Below, piece after piece: positions 10,213 through 19,737 of a stretch of 64,000 nt of DNA. This stretch comes from an uncultured Nitrospiraceae bacterium. GTDB lineage: Bacteria; Nitrospirota; Thermodesulfovibrionia; Thermodesulfovibrionales; UBA6898. Position numbers and translations under genes: made by a program. The DNA lies in contig CAWEQH010000004.1 in NCBI GenBank assembly GCA_963811165.1, forward strand, positions 192,001 to 256,000, in the 5' to 3' direction. Position 1 is the first letter of the stretch. Each line of letters opens with the position of its first letter. Under the pieces are notes generated by a model, which did not search any database, was not told the origin of the DNA, and was given only the letters and a program-made list of their open reading frames with translations.

Positions 10213-12154
10213 CAACGTAGAGACAAGAAGAGAGGCCGTCGAGAGCATAAAGGGGAGGAAGGACAACACATATATCCCCCTATTGCTCAAGGCTATGGAA
10301 GACCCAAGCTGGCGCGTCAGGAAGACGGCGGTCGACATTCTCTTCGATGACTATCCGGTCGAAAAATACATTCCGGGACTGATTGGACTTCTTTCCATCG
10401 AAGACAATGCAGGGGCGAGAAACTCCGCGATTGAGGCGCTTATCAGACTCGGCAAAAAGGCCACGGTCTATCTTGTCGATGCCTTCAAGACTCCCAACAG
10501 GGACGTAAGAAAATTCATTATCGACGTCCTCGGCGAGCAAAGAGACGCCAGGTCGCTGCCCCTGATGCTTGAGGCGATCAGGGACGAGGATGAAAACGTC
10601 AGTGCGACGGCGGTGGAGCACCTGGGAAAGGTCGGAGAGGTCTCGGTGGTGGACGCGCTTATTGAGATACTCGACGGCGGAGACCTATGGGTGGCCTACC
10701 CCGCCGCAGACGCACTGGGGAGGATCGGCAATAAGAAGGCGGTCCCGCATCTGCTTGGTGCGCTCAAGAAAAAACCTCTGAGGGAACCGGTGATGAAGGC
10801 CCTTGGACGACTTTCAGAGGCCTCGACGATCAAGCATATCGTCCCGCTCCTCGATGACCCTTCGAGGAATATCCAGGAGCAGGCGCTGAAGACGATCGAA
10901 AGGTTTTATCATAACGGTGTCGATGCCGATTATATAATTGGAGAAATGAGGAGGATCCTTGGTCCCAGGGTGATGGAACTCCTGATAAGCCACGCCTGGT
11001 CGACGAAACGGGAGGTGAGAATCTCGGCGATTCTGTTGCTCGGCCTGATGAAGGACGAGGCGGCGTACGGTCCCCTTCTGGACATATCGCAGGAAGAGGA
11101 GTTTACTGAAGACGTGAAAAACGCCCTCGTCTACATAGGAAGAGACAAGCCGGAATCGCTGTTGAAGCTCTTTGATACGGACAACCCTCACCAGATGCGC
11201 TTTATCTGCGAGGTGACTGAAAGGGTCGTTTCACCTGTCTACTATGATATCCTCGAAGGGCTTCTTACGAATGCGGACGGCCATGTAAGGGCCACGGCGG
11301 CGATCAGCATTTCGAAGCTCGCTGACCGGCGGTCGGTCGAAAAGCTTAAAAGGCTGCTGGTCGATCCTTATGAGGACGTACAGGAGGCAGCGGTGGAGGC
11401 GCTTTCGAACCTTAAGGACGCGCTGGACGCGGGGCAGCTGGTGCCTTCATTAGGACATGCCGATGCCGTGTTAAGGAGGAATACGGCGCTACTTATGGGG
11501 AAGATAAAGGCGTCTGCTTCGGTGAAGAACCTCGGGTTTGCGCTGAAAGACGAAAACGTAAGGGTGAGAAAGGCGGTCGTGGGGGCGCTTTCTTCCATAG
11601 GCACTGAGGAGGCCGTGAGGTATCTCACTTACGCCCTTACCGACGAAAGCGCTGACATCAGGACCTCTGCTGCACTGAGTCTCGGCGCCATCGGAGGCAA
11701 AGACGTTCTTGAGTCTCTCACGATCCTGAGCAAGGACACCGACAATTCCGTCAGGGTCGCTGCAGCGAAGTCGCTTGGCATGCTGAAAGACAAAAGCGCG
11801 GTGGGGACTCTGATCGGCCTGTTGGCCGACAGGAACGGTTTCGTGGTGACGACCGCGATTGAGTCTTTGAGCGGGCTGAGAGGAGATGAGGCGAGGGACG
11901 CAATTATCGGGATGCTCTCGTCTGCCGACGACGAGGTCAGGAGGACGGCGATCACCGCGCTTGCACCTTTCGAAAATATGGAAAGCAGTCTTATCCCTTT
12001 TCTTAAAGACCCGGACTGGGCGACCAGGATCGCCGCGGTCAGGACCCTTGGCAGAAATGCGGGAGGGTATGTCAGGAAAGAACTCGAAAGGCTCCTTGAC
12101 ACTGAAGAAGATCCGACCGTAATTAAGGCTGTCGAGGAGATCCTTCTTGTTTGA
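10181..12154 (+). CDS. HEAT/PBS-lyase repeat protein
   Basis: Many ~31-aa repeats of L.D....VR..A..ALG.+G along the whole length. Confidence 0.9.
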   Translation: MQELIKRISDSNVETRREAVESIKGRKDNTYIPLLLKAMEDPSWRVRKTAVDILFDDYPVEKYIPGLIGLLSIEDNAGARNSAIEALIRLGKKATVYLVDAFKTPNRDVRKFIIDVLGEQRDARSLPLMLEAIRDEDENVSATAVEHLGKVGEVSVVDALIEILDGGDLWVAYPAADALGRIGNKKAVPHLLGALKKKPLREPVMKALGRLSEASTIKHIVPLLDDPSRNIQEQALKTIERFYHNGVDADYIIGEMRRILGPRVMELLISHAWSTKREVRISAILLLGLMKDEAAYGPLLDISQEEEFTEDVKNALVYIGRDKPESLLKLFDTDNPHQMRFICEVTERVVSPVYYDILEGLLTNADGHVRATAAISISKLADRRSVEKLKRLLVDPYEDVQEAAVEALSNLKDALDAGQLVPSLGHADAVLRRNTALLMGKIKASASVKNLGFALKDENVRVRKAVVGALSSIGTEEAVRYLTYALTDESADIRTSAALSLGAIGGKDVLESLTILSKDTDNSVRVAAAKSLGMLKDKSAVGTLIGLLADRNGFVVTTAIESLSGLRGDEARDAIIGMLSSADDEVRRTAITALAPFENMESSLIPFLKDPDWATRIAAVRTLGRNAGGYVRKELERLLDTEEDPTVIKAVEEILLV

Positions 12155-13016
12155 AAAAGAAGACGTTATCCCGCTTTCCGATGATGTATTCCGGCTCATA
12201 AGGGACATTATTAAGGACTACTGCGGATTATATTTCGACGACGGCTCCAAATACCTTCTTGAGAGGAGGCTTGCAAGAAGGATACGCAGCCTGCATCTTG
12301 ACGACTTCAGGGACTACTACCGCTTTCTCAGGTACGACAAGAACTCCGAAGAGGAGCTCGCGGCGATCATCGACCTGCTGACGGTGAATGAAACCTATTT
12401 TTTCAGGGAGCAAAACCAGCTGAAGGCCTTCAGCGAGGAGATCCTGGAAGAATTAAGAGAAAAGAACCGCGACAGAAGGTCTTTGAGGATATGGTCCGCA
12501 GGGTGTTCGACGGGCGAGGAGCCCTATACGATTGCGATGCTTATACAGGAAACGGGGAACTTCGCAGGCTGGGACATTGAAATATACGGAAGCGACATCA
12601 ACCAGAGGGTGCTGCAGGCGGCCAGGAAAGGGATATACAGAAGGAACTCATTCAGAACGGCTGAGACACGGTATATCGACAGGTATTTTGCCCAGGAGGA
12701 CGATTCCTACAGGATAGCAGACGGCGTCAAACGATATGTAAACTTCAGTTACCTGAACCTCCTTGATTCTTTCAGGACGAGGTTCCTCGGCAAAATGGAT
12801 GTGATTTTATGCAGAAATGTATTAATATATTTTGACGGTCCTTCACGGAAGAAGGTAATAGAAAATTTCTATGACAGACTGGTAGACGGCGGGTATCTCC
12901 TGCTTGGTCACGCCGAGTCGCTGATAAATATATCGACCGCCTTTACCTTGAAGCATTTCAAAAATGATATGGTGTATCAGAAGCCCCCGGGCAAGCACCC
13001 GGGCTTCAGACACTGA
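12147..13016 (+). CDS. cheR: Protein-glutamate O-methyltransferase CheR
   Basis: TVNETYFFRE, IWSAGCSTGEEPY, DVILCRNVLIYF, GGYLLLGHAES. Confidence 0.96.
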   Translation: MFEKEDVIPLSDDVFRLIRDIIKDYCGLYFDDGSKYLLERRLARRIRSLHLDDFRDYYRFLRYDKNSEEELAAIIDLLTVNETYFFREQNQLKAFSEEILEELREKNRDRRSLRIWSAGCSTGEEPYTIAMLIQETGNFAGWDIEIYGSDINQRVLQAARKGIYRRNSFRTAETRYIDRYFAQEDDSYRIADGVKRYVNFSYLNLLDSFRTRFLGKMDVILCRNVLIYFDGPSRKKVIENFYDRLVDGGYLLLGHAESLINISTAFTLKHFKNDMVYQKPPGKHPGFRH

Positions 13017-13041
13017 GATGCAAAACTACCCGACAGGAGTT

Positions 13042-14112
13042 ATGCAGGTGTCCACAAAAATACTTATCGTCGACGATTCTGCGTATACGAGGCAGATGAT
13101 TAAAAAGATCGTCGAGCAGGAGGCGGGGCTCGAGGTTGTGGGCATCGCTTCCGACGGCATCGACGCCATGGCCAAGACGCTCAGGTTGAAGCCCGACATC
13201 ATTACCCTCGATTTCGAGATGCCGGAGATGGACGGCTTCAGTTTTTTGCGCTGGCTGATGCGTGAAAGACCCACGCCAGTGATCATGGTGAGCTCCCACA
13301 ATGACTCGAAAACCGTGTTCAAGGCGCTCGAATTCGGGGCGGTCGATTTTATCGCAAAGCCGACAAAGCGCGCCTCGCTTGAGCTGCAGAGAATCGAGAA
13401 GGACCTCATAAGAAAGATCAGGGGGATAAAAGATATCAGGCTGGACATCCTCAGCAATAACCTGAAATTGCTCGACAAAGAAGAGCGTGTCGAGCCTGCC
13501 GGCGAAGTCGGCAAGCACTCCGTGCAGGTGGTCGCCGTGGGGTCTTCGACGGGCGGCCCCGCGGCGCTTCAGATCGTCCTGTCGAGACTGCCCGCGGATT
13601 TTCCCGCGGCGATCATCATAAGCCAGCACATGCCGCGGGGTTTTACCGGCCAGCTTTCCGAAAGGCTCAACAGGTTGTCTCAGTTGAGGATAAAGGAGGC
13701 CGAGGACCTTGATCCGATCACGCCCGGCCAGGCGTTGATCTGTCCCGGCGGGTACCATCTCGGGGTGAGGCGCCGTGGATCAAAGGAAGTGATCGTATTG
13801 AAAGAGGGGAAAATCAGCGACAAATATATACCGTCCGTGGACCATATGATGAAGTCGGCGGCCGATGTGTTCGGGGCAAACACTATGGGAGTTGTACTGA
13901 CCGGCATGGGCAATGACGGGAAGCAGGGCGTGGTGGAAATTAAAGCCAAAGGTGGGTATACTATAGCAGAGTCGGAAGCAAGTGCGGTGGTTTTCGGCAT
14001 GCCGGCAGAGGCGATAAAGACGGGAGCGGTCGAAAGTGTGCTCCCGATATCCGAGGTTGCGTTTGAAATATTGAGAGTTGTAAGTTACTCGGCCAAGAGG
14101 GAGAAGGATTAG
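13042..14112 (+). CDS. cheB: Chemotaxis methylesterase CheB (receiver + esterase)
   Basis: Receiver ILIVDDS/TLDFEMPEMDG; catalytic GSSTGG, QHMP, GMGNDG; start chosen at the ATG after CAGGAG (13018 also possible). Confidence 0.95.
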   Translation: MQVSTKILIVDDSAYTRQMIKKIVEQEAGLEVVGIASDGIDAMAKTLRLKPDIITLDFEMPEMDGFSFLRWLMRERPTPVIMVSSHNDSKTVFKALEFGAVDFIAKPTKRASLELQRIEKDLIRKIRGIKDIRLDILSNNLKLLDKEERVEPAGEVGKHSVQVVAVGSSTGGPAALQIVLSRLPADFPAAIIISQHMPRGFTGQLSERLNRLSQLRIKEAEDLDPITPGQALICPGGYHLGVRRRGSKEVIVLKEGKISDKYIPSVDHMMKSAADVFGANTMGVVLTGMGNDGKQGVVEIKAKGGYTIAESEASAVVFGMPAEAIKTGAVESVLPISEVAFEILRVVSYSAKREKD

Positions 14113-14933
14113 TGGAAAAAGAGACCGGTTTTGTCGGCAAGGCGGACGAATTCCTTCAGATGTTCAAGAAAGGGGAGGAATTCACGAAAGAACTCCTTAA
14201 GGAAAACGAGAAGCTGAGATACAAGATCGCCCAGCTCGAAGAGACCCTGCAGAGGTCAGGAGACGAGGCGAGGACCAGGCTATATGAAGACAGGATCGGC
14301 CTGCTGGAAGAGGAGCTGAAATCCCTCAAAGAAAGGTTCAGAAAGGTGGAGGAGGAGAACAAGGACTTCGCCTCCAAGTATCTCGAGGTGGAAGAGGAAA
14401 ACAACAACCTCGCCAATCTCTACGTGGCGAGCTACCAGTTGCATTCCACCCTCGATTTTTCCGAGGTCTTAAGGATTGTCCTTGAGATCATCATCAATCT
14501 CATCGGCGCCGAGAAATTCGCGGTACTGCTGATAGACGACAAGACGAACGAGCTTATACCGGTAAGCGCCGAGGGCATGGCCGTCTCAGAGGCCCCCAAG
14601 ATAAAGATCGGCCAGGGTACAATAGGGACCGTTGCCAAGGAAGGGGAAAGTTTCTTTTCAGATAACCTGATCGGCGCCGCGGAGTTTGATCCTCATGAGC
14701 CCATCGTATGCATCCCGCTTAAGATAAAGGAGCATGTCATAGGCGTACTGTCGATCTACAAGCTTCTTACGCAGAAAGCCGGTTTTACGAACGTAGACTA
14801 TGAGCTTTTCAACCTGTTGGCCGGTCATGCGGCGACTGCGATCTTTTCATCCCGGATGTATACGCAATCTGAGAGAAAACTTACTACTATACAGAGTTTC
14901 CTGGATCTCCTCAAAGAGAAGCCGAGGAAATAG
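14112..14933 (+). CDS. Coiled-coil plus GAF domain protein
   Basis: N-terminal heptad-rich region; GAF (STLDFSEVL...GTIGTVA...CIPLKIKEHVIGVL...LAGHAATAI); start overlaps cheB stop. Confidence 0.82.
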   Translation: MEKETGFVGKADEFLQMFKKGEEFTKELLKENEKLRYKIAQLEETLQRSGDEARTRLYEDRIGLLEEELKSLKERFRKVEEENKDFASKYLEVEEENNNLANLYVASYQLHSTLDFSEVLRIVLEIIINLIGAEKFAVLLIDDKTNELIPVSAEGMAVSEAPKIKIGQGTIGTVAKEGESFFSDNLIGAAEFDPHEPIVCIPLKIKEHVIGVLSIYKLLTQKAGFTNVDYELFNLLAGHAATAIFSSRMYTQSERKLTTIQSFLDLLKEKPRK

Positions 14934-14945
14934 GGGGATTGTGAT

Positions 14946-15314
14946 ATGCCGAATATTCTCGTTGTTGAAGATTCGCCGACGATGAGGCAGCTTATCAGTT
15001 TTGCGATAAAGCGGATCCCAAGTTGTCATGTTATTGAGGCCACCGATGGTGTGGATGCGCTCAAAAAACTTTCGTCGGAGAAGATCGATCTTATCCTTGC
15101 CGACATCAATATGCCGGTAATGGACGGTCTCAAACTTGTGAGCCTTGTTCGGGGGAACGCGGCGTATAAAGATATTCCTGTAATAATAGTCACGACCGAA
15201 GGCGCAGAAGAAGACAGAAAGAGGGCGCTCTCAATCGGTGCCAACGCCTACCTGCCAAAACCGATCCAGACGCAGGAACTGCTCAAGCTCGTAAATACCT
15301 ACCTGGCCAGATGA
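14946..15314 (+). CDS. cheY: CheY-like single-domain response regulator
   Basis: ILVVEDS, DLILADINMPVMDG, YLPKP. Confidence 0.88.
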   Translation: MPNILVVEDSPTMRQLISFAIKRIPSCHVIEATDGVDALKKLSSEKIDLILADINMPVMDGLKLVSLVRGNAAYKDIPVIIVTTEGAEEDRKRALSIGANAYLPKPIQTQELLKLVNTYLAR

Positions 15315-15383
15315 CCCACGAAGTCCATTTGCCGGATGTCGCCGCCGATTTGTCCTGACCATTTTATTGTTCCAAAAAAGAGG

Positions 15384-16784
15384 TTATTCCGTAGGCGGTT
15401 CTTTTTTCGCAGGGCTGCCCGGGTTCAATTTTTCCCACCGGTACCAGAAAGTCTTATAGCTCAGGCCGAGGAGCTTGGCCGCCTTGGCAACGACTCCGTT
15501 GGCCTTTGTCATCGCTTTTCTCAGGAGTCTTTCTTCGAGTTCCTCCAGATTGATCCCGTCTTCCGGAAGATCCGGATCGAAGGCCTCGGCCGGCTGGAGT
15601 GTCCTGAGTTCCCTCTTTATTTCTTTCAACCCGATGGTGTCGGTGTCGCACATGAGGACCGCCCTCTCGATGACCGATTCGAGCTGGCGAATATTTCCGG
15701 GCCAGTTGTATCCCTCAAGGGCGTTGAGCGTTGCTTCTTCGATGCCCTTTATTCTCTTGCCGAATTCGCGGTTGTATTTACCGATGAAAAAGTCCGCGAG
15801 TTCGGAGATGTCGCTCTTCCTTTGGCGCAGAGGGGGAAGCTCTATCGATACGACCCTAAGCCTGTAGTAAAGGTCTTCCCTGAAATTCCCCTTCGCCATT
15901 TCCTTTTCCAGGTCCTTGTTCGTGGCGGTGATGATCCTCACATCGATTTTTATCGCTTCTTTTCCGCCAAGCCTCCTGATCTCCTTGTCCTGAAGGACCC
16001 TGAGGAGTTTTGACTGCATCATCTGGGGCATATCCCCGATCTCGTCGAGAAAGAGGGTGCCGCCGTTTGTAGCCTCGAAGAGCCCTATCCTTCGCGCTAC
16101 CGCACCGGTAAAGGCGCCAGGCTCATAGCCGAAGAGTTCACTTTCGAAAAGGCTCTCGGGGATGGACGCGCAGTTGAGGGCGGTGAATGGTTTCGACCGT
16201 CTCGGACTGTTGTAATGGATGGCCTTCGCTACCAGCTCTTTTCCGGTACCGCTCTCGCCTCTTATCAGTACGGTGGCGGAACTGCCCGAAATCTTCTTCA
16301 TGATCTCCATCGCATCCTTCATCATGCCGGACTCGCCGACTATGCCCTCCATCCTGAACCTGTCATAAAGCTCTTTATGGAGCTGAAGATTCTCCTTCAG
16401 AAGTTCCGCGTGCCCCGCCGCCCTGGCTACGGTCATGACGCAGGGAGTCTTTGTTCAGAGGTTTTGTCAGGTAATCGAAGGCCCCTTTTTTCATTGCTTC
16501 GACCGCCGAGGAAATCGTGCCGTGGGCGGTCATGATAATCATCGTCGGTACGACCCGTCTCTCGTCGGCAGCTCCATTTTCGAGACCGTCTCTATCAGCT
16601 CTATCCCGTCCATGCCCTCCATCTTGAGGTCCGTAAGTATCACGTCGGGATAGTACTTTGCCATGACCTTAAGGGCCTCTTCTCCGGAAGAGGCGGTAAG
16701 GGCCTCATATCCTTCGTCCTCGAGAATCGTCTTCAGTATGTCTCTCTGAAGGGGTTCGTCATCTACAACGAGCACTACCGGCAT
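15384..16784 (-). CDS. Sigma54-dependent NtrC-type response regulator (receiver-AAA-HTH), interrupted by two compensating frameshifts (~16560 and ~16440)
   Basis: Receiver start [17 protein letters not shown]; missing segment [30 protein letters not shown] is present in another frame at 16441-16560; then [20 protein letters not shown] and C-terminal HTH. Confidence 0.85.
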
Positions 16785-16786
16785 AC

Positions 16787-18244
16787 TTAGCCCTCCTTTT
16801 CCATCGGCAGAATCATAGTTATGGTGCTTCCCTTCCCTACCACGCTCTTAAAATCCACCTTGCCCTTATGCTCCTCGATGATACGTTTCGTGAGTGCGAG
16901 CCCGAGTCCAAGCCCCTGTCCCTTGGTCGTGAAGAAGGGGTCGAAGATTCTCCCGGCCTTTTCTTCCGATATTCCGATACCGGTGTCTTCGACTATTATG
17001 CTAAACTTTTCCCCGTTCCTTCTTGTCCTTATGGTAAGCGTGCCGCCTTCCGGCATCGCCTGAAATGCGTTCAGGACGACGTTGTAGAGGCAGGTCTTTA
17101 TGAACTCACTGTCCACAGACAGCTCCGGAAGCGCCTCGCATTCCTTCCTGATCTCTATGCCTTCCTTCTGAGCCTTTGCCATCACAAGGCCTAACACTTC
17201 ATCGATGAGCAAGCCGATGTCGGTCTTCTGGAGATTGAGTTCGAGCGGCCTGCCGTATTGAAGGAAGCTCTCGGCAAACCCGCTGACACGCTGGATCTCT
17301 TTCTTGATATTAGAGATCAGGGATTCGAAGGCGTTTCTGTCGCCTTCTGCCGGCTTGTACCGCTCCTTGATATGGTCGATCGAGAGGCTGATGAAGTTCA
17401 GAGGGTTTTTTATCTCATGCGCGATGCTCGTCGAGAATTGGCCAATTCCTGCCAGGTGCTCCGCCTTTCTGAGCCTCTCTTCGAGTTCCCGCTCCTCTCT
17501 GAGTTTCCTTAGCATGAAGTTGAAGCTCTGGGTGAGTTCCCCTATCTCATCTTTCCGTTCGGTGATGAGTTCCTGATTGAGGTCCCCTCCCGCGACCCTG
17601 CGGGCAGCCTCGACGACTTCTTCGATCGGTCCGGTGTACCTCCTCGCAAGGTAGAAGATGAAGACTATGCCGACCCCGAAGACGAGGCTCGCAGCCAGTA
17701 TCCGCTGAAAGAGCCTTTTTCTCATAAAGATCGAAAAGTCCTCGGTGTTGATCGTAAGGTGGATGTACCCATAGTGTTTCTCGCCTGCGACGACCGGTAT
17801 GATAACATTGTAGGCATGGCCTTCGCCGGTAACGGGTTCGCCCAACTGCGCCTTGAAGATGAGCTCCTTTTTCTTTGTGGTAAGCCACTTCCCCACATTC
17901 TTGGGGTTCGTGCTGGAAATGATCTTGTCTGAATTGCTGATGATCGACAGCTCTTTTACTCCCTTAGTGTTTAGTTTCTGGAGGTAGTTCTGGAGTCTCT
18001 TTTCGTCTGTTGAGCCGCTGCTTGTTACCTCTTCGACCCCGACCTGTATCGCTTTAGAGAGTTCCGCAGTCTGGCTTTCCATCTCGTTGTACATCGCCTT
18101 TTCAGTCTGCGAATAGAGCAATATGAATACGGACATAAGACTCAAGCTCAGCAGCAGCATCATCGCCACAAGCTTTTGATTAAGGGAGAGTTTGAGAAAG
18201 TAGTCTTTCACACTCTGTTTTACGGTCCGTACGCTGATCTGCAT
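16787..18244 (-). CDS. Membrane sensor histidine kinase (2 TM, HAMP, HisKA, HATPase)
   Basis: AHEIKNPL H-box, NVVLNAFQA, DTGIG, PFFTTK, GLGLGL; start uncertain (18244 or 18283). Confidence 0.92.
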   Translation of the reverse strand: MQISVRTVKQSVKDYFLKLSLNQKLVAMMLLLSLSLMSVFILLYSQTEKAMYNEMESQTAELSKAIQVGVEEVTSSGSTDEKRLQNYLQKLNTKGVKELSIISNSDKIISSTNPKNVGKWLTTKKKELIFKAQLGEPVTGEGHAYNVIIPVVAGEKHYGYIHLTINTEDFSIFMRKRLFQRILAASLVFGVGIVFIFYLARRYTGPIEEVVEAARRVAGGDLNQELITERKDEIGELTQSFNFMLRKLREERELEERLRKAEHLAGIGQFSTSIAHEIKNPLNFISLSIDHIKERYKPAEGDRNAFESLISNIKKEIQRVSGFAESFLQYGRPLELNLQKTDIGLLIDEVLGLVMAKAQKEGIEIRKECEALPELSVDSEFIKTCLYNVVLNAFQAMPEGGTLTIRTRRNGEKFSIIVEDTGIGISEEKAGRIFDPFFTTKGQGLGLGLALTKRIIEEHKGKVDFKSVVGKGSTITMILPMEKEG

Positions 18245-18283
18245 AGTGATGTATTGTATATTAAACACTCGCGGTGAGGTCAA

Positions 18284-18312
18284 ATAAAACCCCCGCTTGA
18301 GGCGGGGTTATT
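18284..18312 (-). terminator. Intrinsic terminator-like hairpin
   Basis: Minus strand AACCCCGCC-TCAA-GCGGGGGTTTTATTT downstream of 18363..18974. Confidence 0.65.
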
Positions 18313-18362
18313 GTGTCGCTGTGACGGGCGTCTTTTATAAAACGCGAAGACTTTTATCGGGG

Positions 18363-18974
18363 CTATTTTCTTTTTTTCGCCGTCTTCCTTGGCGCATTAT
18401 TTGCGGCCTTCCCCTCCTCTTGAGCCATCTCCGTCGCCTTTTCTTTTAGGACGTCGGCCTTTTCTATCGCAGTGGTATAGTCTTCGGTATCGATCAACTT
18501 CCTTATCTCCGCAAGTGATTCGTCGAGCCCCCTGATGGTATTGCTCAGGACCTCGATATCAAGTTCAACCTGTGTCGACTTCATCGCCTTTGCCAGCGAC
18601 TCCTTTGCCTCGCTTACGGACGCCTCGGCGGACGCCTCGGCGGCGATCGCCTTTTTTTTCGCCTCTTCTTTTTTCGCAGCCAGGCCCGCCTTTAAATTGT
18701 CTGCATCCGTTTTTACGGTGGCAAGCATTTCCCTGGCCTTCTTATAGTCTTTCACAAACTTGCTGTCCTCCATCTTCACCTCGGCCATTGCCGAGGCCAG
18801 GGCATCATTCACTTTCTTTGCTTCGGCAGGAGAATATTTTTCGGCGCCCTCGGCCATCGCAGAATCCACGGCCGATTTTGCGACATTGATCTCCTGGACG
18901 GGCTGTTTGGAACAAGCGGCGAGCGCATACAGGACAAAAAATCCAAACAGGAAATACCCGGTTATGCCCTTCAT
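18363..18974 (-). CDS. Helical lipoprotein, DUF4398-like
   Basis: Lipobox LAAC; P.QEI..AK.A+..A...GAEKY.P pattern; Ala/Lys-rich helices; GGAGG RBS. Confidence 0.65.
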   Translation of the reverse strand: MKGITGYFLFGFFVLYALAACSKQPVQEINVAKSAVDSAMAEGAEKYSPAEAKKVNDALASAMAEVKMEDSKFVKDYKKAREMLATVKTDADNLKAGLAAKKEEAKKKAIAAEASAEASVSEAKESLAKAMKSTQVELDIEVLSNTIRGLDESLAEIRKLIDTEDYTTAIEKADVLKEKATEMAQEEGKAANNAPRKTAKKRK

Positions 18975-19027
18975 GTTAAAACCTCCCTTATTGAGTAGCG
19001 GCCACTTGTCCTTCGGACAGGGTCAGT

Positions 19028-19069
19028 AAAAGAATACCTCCCCAGGTCTCGGACCGGAGGAGGTATTCC
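19028..19069 (-). terminator. Terminator-like inverted repeat
   Basis: GAATACCTCC...GGAGGTATTC followed by TTTT on the minus strand, just after 19093..19503. Confidence 0.6.
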
Positions 19070-19092
19070 TGACAGAACAAAAAAACTCTTGA

Positions 19093-19503
19093 TTAGTAGC
19101 CGCCAGCTGCGGGCTTCTTGGCTGCAGGCTTCTTCTCCTCTTTTGCAGGAGCTGCCTCCTTCTTCTCTTCCTTCGCAGGAGCTGCTGCCTCGGCATAATG
19201 CACAGTAACCTTGTCTCCGACCTTGACGTCCGCAAGGGCCTTCTTTGCCTTGCCGACCATGATCTTGGTCTTGTCGTCGACTGTGATCGTTGTGTCTTTC
19301 TTCCCCTTCTTCACCGTGATGGTGTTAGCCTTGGCGTCAACAGCGGCGACCTCTCCGGTCACCTGCTTCATCTTGACCTTCTCAGCCTTTGGAGCTGCCT
19401 CCTTCTTATCGGCAGGAGCCATCTTCTTCTCGGCTGCGAACGTTACTGATGTAACGGCTAGGATAAACATGATGGAAAGTACGATTGCAATTGCTTTCTT
19501 CAT
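19093..19503 (-). CDS. Small exported Lys/Ala-rich protein with OB-fold-like core (DUF5666/CusF-like)
   Basis: Signal peptide ending TFA; VTGEVAAVDAKANTITV...DVKVGDKVTVHY; AAAGGAGGTG RBS before ATG 19503. Confidence 0.65.
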   Translation of the reverse strand: MKKAIAIVLSIMFILAVTSVTFAAEKKMAPADKKEAAPKAEKVKMKQVTGEVAAVDAKANTITVKKGKKDTTITVDDKTKIMVGKAKKALADVKVGDKVTVHYAEAAAPAKEEKKEAAPAKEEKKPAAKKPAAGGY

Positions 19504-19573
19504 TAGATTCACCTCCTTTCATTACTAAAGTAATACAGCAATATATTTTTTACATGGTCACATGTCATGACAT

Positions 19574-19589
19574 ATCAATATTTATGCCA
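19574..19589 (-). promoter_or_regulatory. Candidate sigma54 -24/-12 promoter
   Basis: TGGCATAAATATTGAT (GG-N10-GA, one mismatch to GC) upstream of exported-protein genes and a sigma54 two-component system. Confidence 0.45.
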
Positions 19590-19737
19590 GCAAAAAGGCA
19601 AGATAAATAGGCGGCAGGAACAACAATAATTTCTCTTTTGAGAAAATGAGTCCTTTTTTCAGGAGGAAAGCGGACGTGGAGCGTCCCTCTTGGACCCGGG
19701 ACACTACGCGCCGGGGATATTAATGTGCAGCGAGATT

